Assembly: GCA_026936335.1 (NCBI GenBank) | Contig: JAPMXV010000039.1 | Location: 168,530-232,529, forward strand | Length of the DNA stretch: 64,000 nucleotides | Direction of reading: 5' to 3' | Origin: Mantamonas sphyraenae STR306 | Lineage: Eukaryota > Protista > CRuMs | In this document: one piece after another, positions 48,201 through 58,374 of the stretch | How the letters are laid out: each line of letters starts with the position of its first letter | How positions within the stretch are numbered: position 1 is the first letter of the stretch | Notes under the pieces: model-generated | Databases searched by the model: none | The model's input: the letters and a program-made list of their open reading frames with translations, nothing else | What the model was told of the DNA's origin: nothing | Made by a program: the position numbers and the translations under genes

Positions 48201-49259
48201 GAGCATCTGTGGCACCAGGTGGCCAAACATCAGCGCGTCATCCACTTCCATGCGAGACAACAACGCCACCGCCGTCTTCAGCGTCTGCACCTGCACCTGT
48301 CCGTTGTCGTTCTCAAACCCAGACTCCAGGATGGTGTTGATTCGTTCGTAGCTGTCACGCAGCTTCTTGGCTGTGTGTGTGTGTGTGTGTGTGGTGCGGG
48401 TGTCAGCCACACAAGAGCGGACCACGCAGGAAAACCAACCCTTTCCCCCCCATTCCCCTTTCCTGCCCTGTGCACACCCCATCCATTGTTTTCTCATGGA
48501 CACACGTGTGGTATCATTGTGTTCTTCTGCTCTCCCTGTGTCTGTGTGTTCCGTGCACAACCTACTGATGCGTGCCGAGAGATTTTCCAGCAAGTACAAC
48601 CCGCATTCCAGGCTCAGGTCGTCCCTATCCTCACACATGCCCATCACCTCGTCCATGGCAGGTCCAAAGTCTGCAATGTGTGTGTGTGTGGCACGTGTGT
48701 GTGTGTGTGTGTGTGTGCATGTGTGTGTGTGCATGTGTGTGAGCCAATGCGAGATCATCTTTTTTTCGTTCCACTCGGAAAAGGGACCGGGGGGTGATGG
48801 AAACCAATGACCGAATGGAAGGAGAGAGAGAGAGGGGGGGTGGCCGAGGATGCAGGTCCAATGCATGCATAAAAGAGGAGCCAACGTACCGTCTGTGTCT
48901 GCGTCGTTGCCGTACCAGGAGACGACGACGTTCCACATGCTGTTGCGCAGCGAGGTGTCTTCCATGGCAGCGGCAGCGTCGAGGACGGTGTCTTTGATGA
49001 GCATCATGGTGTCGCCACTGATTTCCTTGACCACAGAGTCACGGTCTCCCTCGGTGACGTGGTGTCGCAACAGCACACACGCCATCTTTCGTGCCGCTGG
49101 GTCATACTCGCCGCTGCTGATCACGTCCAGAAAGCAGCTCACCAGCTGTTCCGGATCGTCCTCCTGCATCGCACTCAACTCCTTCGACGCAAACGTTCGA
49201 TCCTTTTCGCTGTTGCTCAGCACACACAGCAACAATTCCTCAAACTCGGCATTCGACAT
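45286..49259 (-). CDS. Importin-5/Kap121-like karyopherin beta; introns 48671-48889, 48371-48565, 47631-47870; frameshift at ~46503
   Basis: HEAT repeats, WRKRHAA, LRGRVIEAIGIIGLSVG, YLLQGWARMCHLMGKEDFAPYM, IHTSAMEEKATA, H/EDVRAAA, VRQSACFGMG, DNAVS. Confidence 0.9.
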
Positions 49260-49434
49260 GATCTCAAGGGGGGGGCCGGGGTTGGGGTGCCCTGCCCTTC
49301 GCGAGGGTGTTCATCATGGAAGTAAGCAAGTGTGTGTGTGTGTCTGACTATATGTATTGTGTGTGTGTGTGTGTGTGTGTGTGTCATGCCCCCTGGATGC
49401 ACACAACACCCCCCATCATCATCCCATCATCCCC

Positions 49435-50307
49435 TCATGTGCTGACTCCAAAGTTGGCAAACCCCTTCTCAACAATGCTGATGTTGATATGCACCACACC
49501 CATGGTCACTGTCCTGAGTTTGTACCTGCTCTCTGGTGACAACACCACCGTTTCTGCATACGACGACTTGAGCTGCGGCGTGCCCCCCAGAAAGTACGCC
49601 GTCAGCTCCTCCGTGAACGAGCCCTTGGGCCTCCACGTCACCACCTCCAGCTCATGCTGCCCTGCAGACGTTGGGATGTATGCAAACCCGTACCCATACA
49701 GTTCGTTGCGACCGTAGATGTCCTGGTGCCACACTTCCGCATACAGTTTTGGCCAGCCAGAGACCCCCTTGCAGGAATAATGTACATCGATCGGGTGGTC
49801 CCACACACACATCTCTCCATCCTGTGAGCGGGTGTGCCCATGAAACCAAACAAAAAGGCCGCAGGTGAGGTGTATGCATGTGTTGCCATTCCATCGTCGT
49901 GTCCATCATCATGGTGGTGCCCTCATTCAGTGTCAGCAGACCTCCAAACGGGAGTTGGCGCCAAAAACCGTTTCGCTCACCGGCTCGCTCACTCCCTTGT
50001 CCGCACAGAGCACCGCCACACTCGTGGTGGTGGGAGCAACAGCGGTGGTGGGTGGCACAGGTGGTACAGGTGGTGTGTGTGTGTGTGTGTGCGCGTGTGC
50101 AGGTGTGTGTGGGTGGGTGTGGGGGGAAGAAAGGAAACGTACGAGTGGTTCGTCAACCTGAGTCTGGCCTGAGGCATCGCCACTCAGGAGCTGCCAGTTG
50201 CTGTCATCCGCCACAAGCTTCCACTTGCAGGACAGAGTGTTGTCTGGGAACCCCGACGCACCGACGAGCTCGCCGATGATGTGGAGTTCGGCCTGCAGGG
50301 CGGACAT
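49435..50307 (-). CDS. B9D2: B9 domain-containing protein 2 (ciliary transition zone); intron 49822-50142
   Basis: [64 protein letters not shown]. Confidence 0.95.
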
Positions 50308-50366
50308 TTGGGTTTGGAAAAACTTGGTTTTGGGGGCGCCAGGGCAGCCAACATCCCGCACACCCA

Positions 50367-52355
50367 ATGTTCCAACGATGCATGCGCGGCCAGAAGGGTG
50401 GAGGAGGTAACATGGCAGTGGGAGGGGCCATGGGTGGCATTCGTAGGATGAGCAAGGTTGCAGGCGGAGAGAAAAAGGTGCATCCGTTGCTGGAGGGCCA
50501 GGAGGTGCCTCGGTTGCCGATTCCCGAGTTGGAAGAGACGCTGGAACGGTTCCGAGCACACGCATTGCCACTGTGTGGGGATGAAATGGAGGCACGAAGG
50601 ACAGAGGAGGCCATTGAGTGGATGCGTGACAGTGGAGTGGGTGAGACATTGCAGGCAAAGCTGAGGGAGTACGACGCAAGTCAGGAACACAGCTCGTACA
50701 TGGCTCAGTACTGGCGAGACATGTATCTGAGCCTGGAGGACCCACTGATGGTGAACATCAACCCGATTGGAGTGTTGGCAGACAGTGAGGAATTGCGAGC
50801 AAATGCAATGCGTGCGAACGAGAAGCTGTTGTGTGTGGTGGAAGCCACGTTGGACTTTCACGACGAGGTGCAGGCGGGCACACTGGCACGGGAACACAGT
50901 CGCATGGATGGAAAGACAGTGGGACAGGATATGACGCAGTACACACGTATGATGGGCAGTTGTAGGGTGCCCCTGCGTGATGCCAAGGGACGAGAGATGC
51001 TGGCACAACACCCGGACAGCAAACACATCGTCGTGATGGTGGAAGGAGGCATATACCCTGTGCAGGTGTATGACGAAAAGACAGGGGAACGGCTGTCCAG
51101 GCTGGAGGTGGGTGCACAGCTGCAGATTGCCCAGTTTTTTCTGCCACACTTGGAGAAGAGGTGGGCGGAGAAGGAGGGACACAGCCGCGTGTTGCCTGGA
51201 CTTGGGTACTTGACCAGCGAACGACGGTCTGAGTGGACCAAGGCGTATGCGGCCATATGTGAGGAGAGTGAGAAGGCACGTGATGTGTTGAAGTGTGTGG
51301 AAACGGCGTTGTTTGTGGTTGCGATAGACGAGCCCGATTCGGACGAGTGGGAACCCGGAAGAAAGTGGGACGAGGAGTGGAACCATTTGGCATTCAACAA
51401 GAGTGTGTTGTGGGGCAACCCTGGCAACCGATGGTATGACAAGAGTGTGGTCTGGGTGTGCAACCTGCGCACGAAACAGGTGGGCTTGAACTTTGAGCAC
51501 ACATGGGGCGATGGCATGAGTGCCTTCTACCTCATGGACTATGTGCACGCACGCATTGACGAGTGGGCACGTGACAACGCCCTTCCTCAACCACTCGACA
51601 TTGACGCGAGTGTGAACACCTATCCATTCGAGGCCAACACCCTGACCTACGATCTGGATCTCGGACCCCGTGGCACTGCTGCCTTGGAGGAGGCCAAACG
51701 TCACCATGAACGCTTTACAAGCAACATCGATCTGCGCACCCTCGTGTTTGACTCGTTTGGACGTGAGACGATCAAGGCACACGGAGCACGCCCCGATGCG
51801 TTTGTGCAAATGGCCTATCAACTGGCCGACCAGCGCCTGCACGGCTTCCGTGGTGCCTCTGTCTACGAGAGTGCCAATGTGCGCAGCTATCTCGAGGGAC
51901 GCACAGAGGTGGTGCGTTGTGTCACGGCGGCCTCGCGTGCGTTCTGTGAGGCCCCCAACAAGGAGAGGCTGCTGATGGCAATTGAGGCACACGCAGAGGC
52001 GGCACGACTGGCAAACAAGGGAGGGGGTGTGGACAGACACTTGACAGCACTCAAGTGGATGGGTGAGGAACATGGCATCGATGCAGCAGCCTTCTTTGCC
52101 CCGGATGCCAACCCAGGATGGGCCCTGTTGACACGAAGCCTGATCTCCACCTCGAACCTGACCCATCCGGGTGCCCAATGGTTCTCCTTTGGTCCCGTGG
52201 AACACGACGGCTACGGCTTTGGCTATCTGATCCGAGACCAGGACTTGCGCATCAGCATCAGCAGCTTTGCGGACTCCCAAGTCACGAGCAGTGCGTTGAT
52301 GGAAACGGTGTTGGAAGAGACGCTGGATGACATGTTGCTCATGCTCAAGCAATGA
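50367..52355 (+). CDS. Carnitine O-acyltransferase (CPT2/CrAT family), probably mitochondrial
   Basis: [18 protein letters not shown], catalytic [44 protein letters not shown]; Arg-containing, acid-free N-terminus. Confidence 0.93.
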   Translation: MFQRCMRGQKGGGGNMAVGGAMGGIRRMSKVAGGEKKVHPLLEGQEVPRLPIPELEETLERFRAHALPLCGDEMEARRTEEAIEWMRDSGVGETLQAKLREYDASQEHSSYMAQYWRDMYLSLEDPLMVNINPIGVLADSEELRANAMRANEKLLCVVEATLDFHDEVQAGTLAREHSRMDGKTVGQDMTQYTRMMGSCRVPLRDAKGREMLAQHPDSKHIVVMVEGGIYPVQVYDEKTGERLSRLEVGAQLQIAQFFLPHLEKRWAEKEGHSRVLPGLGYLTSERRSEWTKAYAAICEESEKARDVLKCVETALFVVAIDEPDSDEWEPGRKWDEEWNHLAFNKSVLWGNPGNRWYDKSVVWVCNLRTKQVGLNFEHTWGDGMSAFYLMDYVHARIDEWARDNALPQPLDIDASVNTYPFEANTLTYDLDLGPRGTAALEEAKRHHERFTSNIDLRTLVFDSFGRETIKAHGARPDAFVQMAYQLADQRLHGFRGASVYESANVRSYLEGRTEVVRCVTAASRAFCEAPNKERLLMAIEAHAEAARLANKGGGVDRHLTALKWMGEEHGIDAAAFFAPDANPGWALLTRSLISTSNLTHPGAQWFSFGPVEHDGYGFGYLIRDQDLRISISSFADSQVTSSALMETVLEETLDDMLLMLKQ

Positions 52356-52474
52356 AAGATGATGATGATGGGTGGGGTCCAGGATGCTGGGAGGAAGATG
52401 AGGACAACGACAACGACGACGATGATCATGAGGAGGTGGTGGTGTGGTTTGGGTGTTGCCATGTTACATTGGTG

Positions 52475-52804
52475 CTATGCAGTGAAGGAGGATGAGTCTT
52501 GGGCATAGCCACACAAGACGCAATCCATGGTGTACTCGTGGGTGGAGCGGGTGCTTTGGAATTCGTGCCAGTGTTCAGCCACGACGTGTTCACACTCGGC
52601 ACAGATGTGTGCAAACGTGGTGGTTTCCGTCTCGGTGCCCTCCTCTCCGTCCTCCTCCTCCTCCACGTTCTTGTCCACGTTGAGCAGGTCCGTCAGCTTC
52701 CCTTCGCATTGGTGGCACCCGGCAAAGTTTAGAAAGTACGCCCCAGAGTCCAGGCATGTGCGCCCTCTGTCCGGGCGCACCTTTTTCAAGCAGTGTTTGC
52801 ACAT
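52475..52804 (-). CDS. CHURC1: Churchill zinc-binding protein
   Basis: MCxxC...PDRGRTCLDSGAYFLNFAGCxxC...HICxxCxHVVAEH...EYTMDCVLCG matches the Churchill pattern. Confidence 0.9.
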   Translation of the reverse strand: MCKHCLKKVRPDRGRTCLDSGAYFLNFAGCHQCEGKLTDLLNVDKNVEEEEDGEEGTETETTTFAHICAECEHVVAEHWHEFQSTRSTHEYTMDCVLCGYAQDSSSFTA

Positions 52805-52938
52805 GGGCCACAGAGTGAGCAGCAGGGACCAGGGTGCAGGTCAGTGATGAGAGGCCACGCGTGCGGTTTTTGTTTGGGGGAAGGCGAGCGCAGGCGGCGC
52901 CGTTGGCGCAGCCAAGGAATTCCTGGCAGGCGAGCAGC

Positions 52939-53309
52939 ATGAGCAAGAGCGTGCAAGTGACAGGCAAAGGGTTCAAGATGAACGTCAAGGTGACGCCTGG
53001 CACAACAATGGGTCAGGTGTTGGAAACGGTGTGCACGAAGCAGGGGCTGAACGCCAAGGCTCACACGCTGAAGTGAGTTTGTGTGTGAGGGCAATGGTTC
53101 GGCTGAAGGGGCAAAGGCACGAATGTGGGGATGGATTGTGAGGGGGGAAAGGAGGCGAAAGAGGGGATAGAGGGAAGGACTTGAAGGAACGGAAGAGGGA
53201 ACAGTGGATGGTGGACGACCGTGTGCAGAGACCAGGGGACGGAAGAAGTGGGAAAGCCGGAAAACGGATGATGATGAACGGAAGTGACGAGATGAACTCA
53301 CCCATCCCG

Positions 53310-53363
<54 letters not shown>

Positions 53364-54347
53364 TAGGCACCAACGGGAAGAGATGGAAATGTCGCTGCCA
53401 TACCGACTGCTGGGCCTGAGCAACAATGCCAAGCTGGAACTGGTGACCAGTGCAAAACGGGAGGTTGTGGCAGAGGTGAACGTGGTGGTGAGCATGCCAG
53501 ACGGAACACGACACGAAGTGAATAGCATGAGCAACCATACACTGTGGGAAATGCTGGGAGAGTTGGAAGAGGGTGCAGGAGGGGAGGTGAACGTGCGTCA
53601 TGTGGTGCAGGAGAACAGCCAGGGTGAGGTGGTGTACATGTTGCCCACATTGAACTTTATGGGACGCATGGTCAAGGACAAGGCAGAGCTGCACAGCACC
53701 ACACTGGCAGATATGGGACTGACCGACGGCACGGGGATGTTGCGACTGGGATTTGAGGAAAGGGCCCCAGAGCAGGTGTCAGACTCGTATGGGGTGGATG
53801 GGATGGACACGGAGGAGGCAGGGAGCAGTGGAAGCAGTGGGGCGGCCAATGTGAAGGTGGTTTCTGAGAAGGATGATGGGATGGAGACGGAAGAGGTTGC
53901 GGAGAAGTCGACACCCCAGCAGCAGCAGACGATGAAGAAGGAGAAGGAAGAGAAGGAGGAAGTTGACAACAAGAAGGCAACAAGCAAGAGCAGCAAGAAG
54001 GGCAAAGCTGCGATGGATGTAGAGAGTGTGAGCAAGCGATTGGCGAGTGTGGCGTCGATGGATGTGTCTGTGGATGAGGGACAGGAGGGTGATGAAGCCA
54101 AACCAAGTGTGTCGTATGTGGAAGTACCCGTGGCATACAAAGCACTGGAGTACGACTTTCTGGCCCAGCCTGTGTTTGAGTTTCCAAGGTGGGGTCGAGC
54201 AGCCGCGTCCTCCTCCTCCGCCTCCAGCACGGGGGCGGACGCAGAGGTGGCCGATGGGGGGGTCAAACACAGCAAACCACGTCGTGAGGTGGCCAGTCGA
54301 CGTGTATCTGCACAGGAGAGTGGGTCACGAAAGGCAAGCAACAGCAC

Positions 54348-54381
<34 letters not shown>

Positions 54382-55119
54382 TCCTCTTTGGATCAATTGC
54401 AATCGGAAGGACGCAGTGAAGTGGACAGGGATCTGGCAGTGTTTGCAGCCAGTGCAGAGGAGTTTGATCCGAAACAGTACGAGGTGCCGGAAGAGTTTTA
54501 CCGGGTGACAACCAAGGATGCCAAAGAGATGATGAGCATCAAGATGGAACAGAAGCGAAAGGAGGATTCAGAGTACAAGTTTATGACGAAAAAGATGCGA
54601 GAGGAAAAGGCCATGCGAGAAAAGGCCAAGTACAAACGCACACGCATCCGTGTGCGCTTCCCAGACCAAACGTCGATCGAAGGGACGTTTGGCACACGAG
54701 AGGGCATCCGAGAACTCAAGGCAATGGTGCAGGAGTGTGTGTACACCTCTGAGCGCAACTTTTACTTTTTCATCACCCCACCCGTGCAGAAACTGACGGA
54801 CGAGAGTGCCACGTTTATGGATCTGGATCTGTTCCCGGTGGCCATGGTGCACTTCAAATGGAGCGATGGCAACAACGGACAGGATGGACAGTACCTGAGC
54901 GAGTCGTGTCTGGCACAGGTGCAATCGTCATCGTCGTCGTCGTCGTCCAACAAGAATGGCAAGGGCAAGGACGGCGCGGGAGGGGTGGTGGACATGGAAG
55001 GATTCCTCGAGGAACAACGGCAGGCATTGGCCAAGGATGCCAAAGGCAAGGACGATGACAATGGAGAGGATGGCAAGAAGAAGAAGAAGAAAGGAGTGCC
55101 AAAGTGGCTGAAACTGTGA
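52939..55119 (+). CDS. ASPSCR1: TUG/ASPL UBX-domain p97 adaptor; intron 53073-53366
   Basis: N-terminal UBL (VKVTPGTTMGQVLE..SLPYRLLGLSNNAKLEL), VPEEFYRVT, UBX (RIRVRFPDQ..FITPP..DLFP), terminal VPKWLKL. Confidence 0.88.
53313..53359 (+). repeat. (CA)n microsatellite next to an intron 3' splice site; one of many CA/TG tracts (also ~23795, 27510, 36145, 39090, 42230, 48372, 48680, 49360, 56080)
   Basis: Directly visible dinucleotide runs. Confidence 0.9.
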
Positions 55120-55164
55120 GCAGAAGCAGGGTTCAACATGAAACGGACGGTGTTCTCACTCTCT

Positions 55165-55962
55165 TCACGTGCTCTGTTGCTGCTGCTCTTGTGCTTGTTG
55201 CCTCATGTCACTGGCCACTTGGGTGAGCATGGCTTCGGCAGCCCAAGGTTGGTAGAACAGTGAACCAATGGGGGCGGCCAGGGCACCCGCAGAGGCCGTG
55301 TCGTTCAGCTGCGCCAGGTCCGTGCTTTGCGACACCAACAGCTGTTCCATACTCCTGTGTGGCTCCACACCAAACGCAAGGAAAAAGTCCCGTTTGCGTT
55401 TCTTGCGTTGCACCAGCTTGTCGACAATGGCCCCGTCCCGAGCATCCTTGGCGCGGGCTTGGTCCACGCTGGCCAGGATTTCCTTGAGTTTGTGTGTGTT
55501 GGGTTTGGATGAAGAGGAGGATGAAGAGGAGGAGGAGGAGGAGGAGGAGGAGGAGGTGGTGTGTGTGGTGTGTGTGGACGAAGCCTGGCGTAGGTGGGGT
55601 TGGAGGGCGAGGTGGAGTTGATCAAGACGGAAGGCCTCGACACCAAAAAGGGCCGCCATGTCTGTGTTGCATCGAATGCGAGTGGGATTGTGTTCCTCCT
55701 GCAATCCATGTTGTTTGATGTATGTCCACAGTGCTGCCATGATGTCGTTGGGTGGCAATCCCTGGCCCACGGGCAGCGAAAGGAGCGACGCAAGCGCATC
55801 GTCGGCGACAAAAACGGCTGTAGAAGACGATGACGATGACGATGATGACGATGACGATGATGATTGTTGCATGTGGGCAATCCGATGCGCATGCTCTGCC
55901 AATTGGCTGTGCATGGACTCGCAAGCGTCCGTGAGGTTGGCCAACCTTTGACGCTTGCTCAT
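55165..55962 (-). CDS. Short SWIB-domain protein related to BAF60/SMARCD
   Basis: IMAALWTYIKQHGLQ..IRCNTDMAALFG SWIB motif; BAF60-type tail KRDFFLAF..SQSTDL..FYQPWAAEA. Confidence 0.8.
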   Translation of the reverse strand: MSKRQRLANLTDACESMHSQLAEHAHRIAHMQQSSSSSSSSSSSSSSTAVFVADDALASLLSLPVGQGLPPNDIMAALWTYIKQHGLQEEHNPTRIRCNTDMAALFGVEAFRLDQLHLALQPHLRQASSTHTTHTTSSSSSSSSSSSSSSSSKPNTHKLKEILASVDQARAKDARDGAIVDKLVQRKKRKRDFFLAFGVEPHRSMEQLLVSQSTDLAQLNDTASAGALAAPIGSLFYQPWAAEAMLTQVASDMRQQAQEQQQQST

Positions 55963-56075
55963 TTTTCCTGGCCCTTCGCTCGCGGCCCCAAGCCAACTCA
56001 CACGTCGTCGTCTTTGTCGTCAGGAAGCAACACACGGTCCCTATAGAAAGAACAAGGCACTGTGAACCTGTGACC

Positions 56076-56112
<37 letters not shown>

Positions 56113-56114
56113 CC

Positions 56115-58374
56115 ATGTCGAGCAAGAGCAACAACCACGACAAAGAGGAGAGAAAGAAGAGCGGCGGCAGCAGCGGCGGAGGCAATCACAACAACGCCCT
56201 GACGGTGGAAGTGCATTCCAATGACTCTGCAGACGATGAACTGCGTGCCACCACAGAAGGAGATGGTGGTGATACCACCACCAGCAACACCACCACCACC
56301 ATGGCTGGCAAACACCATCATCGTGGCTCCAGGGACAACGACGATGGCGAAGGGGACGACGACTCGCAAGCATCTTCCTCCTCCTCGCCCGCCTCCACGC
56401 CGCTCAGCCCAAGTCCCTCGCCACTTCCAACCCTCAAAACAAGCGCCAAACGACTCCTACGCATTGGACACTATGTCCTACAGCAGACCCTGGGTGTGGG
56501 CAGCTTTGGCAAGGTCAAACGTAAGTGTCATGTGTCGTCCCTTCCCTTCCACGGCCCCGTTTTTGGTTGTTCGTCGCCTTGGGCGGGGGCGTTTTTTGCG
56601 GCTGCTCATTTTTTGCAGAAATGAGCTGCTGCTGCCAACATGGATGGGCAACGGAGTCCATGGGAGGTGGGAATGAGAGTGGTGTGTGACATGGGTGTCT
56701 GTGGGGGCTGTGACATGGCATGCAGATGTGGCCATGTGCGATGGGGAGGACAAAGAGAAACGGGAGGAAAGGAGGCAAGCGAGAGCTGACACCGCCGCGC
56801 CTCTGTCCCCTACCATGCATGCAACCACACACCAACAACAATCAGTGGCGGTGCATGAGCTGACAGGGCATCAGGTGGCAGTCAAGATTTTGAACAAGAA
56901 ACGAATCCAGATGCTGGACATGGACAAGAAGATCAACCGGGAGATCCAGATTCTGAAGCTGTTCCACCACCCTCACATCATCCGTCTGTACGAGGTGATT
57001 GACACGCCGACGGATATCTTTATGGTGATTGAGTACGTGAGTGGTGGCGAGCTGTTTGATTACATTGTGAACCACGGAAAACTGGGGGAGGAGGAATCAC
57101 GACGCTTCTTCCAGCAGATCATCTCCGGGGTGGCGTACTGCCACAACCACATGGTGGTCCATCGGGACTTGAAACCAGAGAACCTGTTGTTGGATGCCAA
57201 CAAGAACGTACGCATTGCCGACTTTGGTCTGAGCAACATGATGAAGGACGGTGACTTTATGCGCACCTCGTGTGGGTCACCCAACTATGCTGCCCCCGAG
57301 GTCATCAGTGGCAAGTTGTATGCTGGACCAGAGGTGGATGTGTGGAGTGCCGGTGTCATCCTCTATGCCTTTCTCTGTGGACGCTTGCCCTTTGACGACG
57401 AGTACATCCCGAATCTGTTCAAGAAGATCCGCGGCGGGGTGTTTACCATCCCATCGCATGTGTCGTCGCAGGCTGCGGATCTGATCCGATCCATGCTTGT
57501 GGTGGATCCACTGAAGCGCATTTCCATGGAGGAGATCCAGGAGCATCCCTGGTTCCAAACAGATCTGCCCGAGTACCTGGCACAGGTGGGAGAAGGGTCG
57601 GCAGGCAAGTCGATCAATGAGGAGGTGTTGGCCAAGGTGAGTCAGAAGATTGGAGTCAGCATGGACAAGGCACGGGAGGATGTGCAGGCAAGCAACATGA
57701 ACCAAACACTGGTGTGCTACAATCTGCTCATGGACAGCATCTGGAGGCAACAGGCCAAGATGGAAAAGAAGTCACGGGCAGCAAACTCGAGTGCAAACAC
57801 ACCGTTTGCCACAACGCCTCCTGTGTTGCAGAACGTGTCCACAGGCAGCAACAGCAGCAGTAGCTCGTCGTCGTCATCGAGCAGCAGCAGTGGCGGCGGC
57901 GGCGGCGGCGGGAAGGATGAAGGGACCAGTGAAGGGCCAGGAGGAAAGAAGAGAGGAGACGGAGGAGGGAGCGCAGGAGCCAAGCGAGGTCACATGCGAA
58001 CTGGAAGCAAGGTGGGCAAGGGGAAAACGACAGGCAACAACGAACGGCTGCCACCGGCGGAGAGTGACAAGGAAGGGTCGTACAAGAGGAGGAGATGGTA
58101 CCTGGGGATCAATTCGAACGACAATCTGGACAATGTGATGGACGAAATCTTTCGTGTGCTGAAACTGATGGACTTTGAGTGGAAGGTGCTGCACAACTAT
58201 GCCATGAAGTGCAGAAGCGTACACCAGGGCAATCAGGGTCTGGTGGTGGTTACCAAGTTGTACAAAGTGGACGACTACCGTGTCAGCCTGGACATCCAAA
58301 AGATCAAGGGCGGTTGTTTGCCGTTCTTTCATTTCTGCAGCGTGTTTGCGTCGCAGATGGAGGTTGTGGGATGA
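56115..58374 (+). CDS. SNF1: AMPK/SNF1 catalytic alpha subunit; intron 56521-56845
   Basis: TLGVGSFGKVK/LAVHELTGHQVAVKILN, HRDLKPEN, DFGLSNMM..RTSCGSPNYAAPEVISGKLYAGPEVD, C-terminal RWYLGI domain. Confidence 0.97.

Noticed and set aside
49857-49870. 13-nt ggccgcaggtgag shared with the TRM112 intron
   Set aside because: Matches of this length are expected by chance in 64 kb, and orientation relative to the host gene differs
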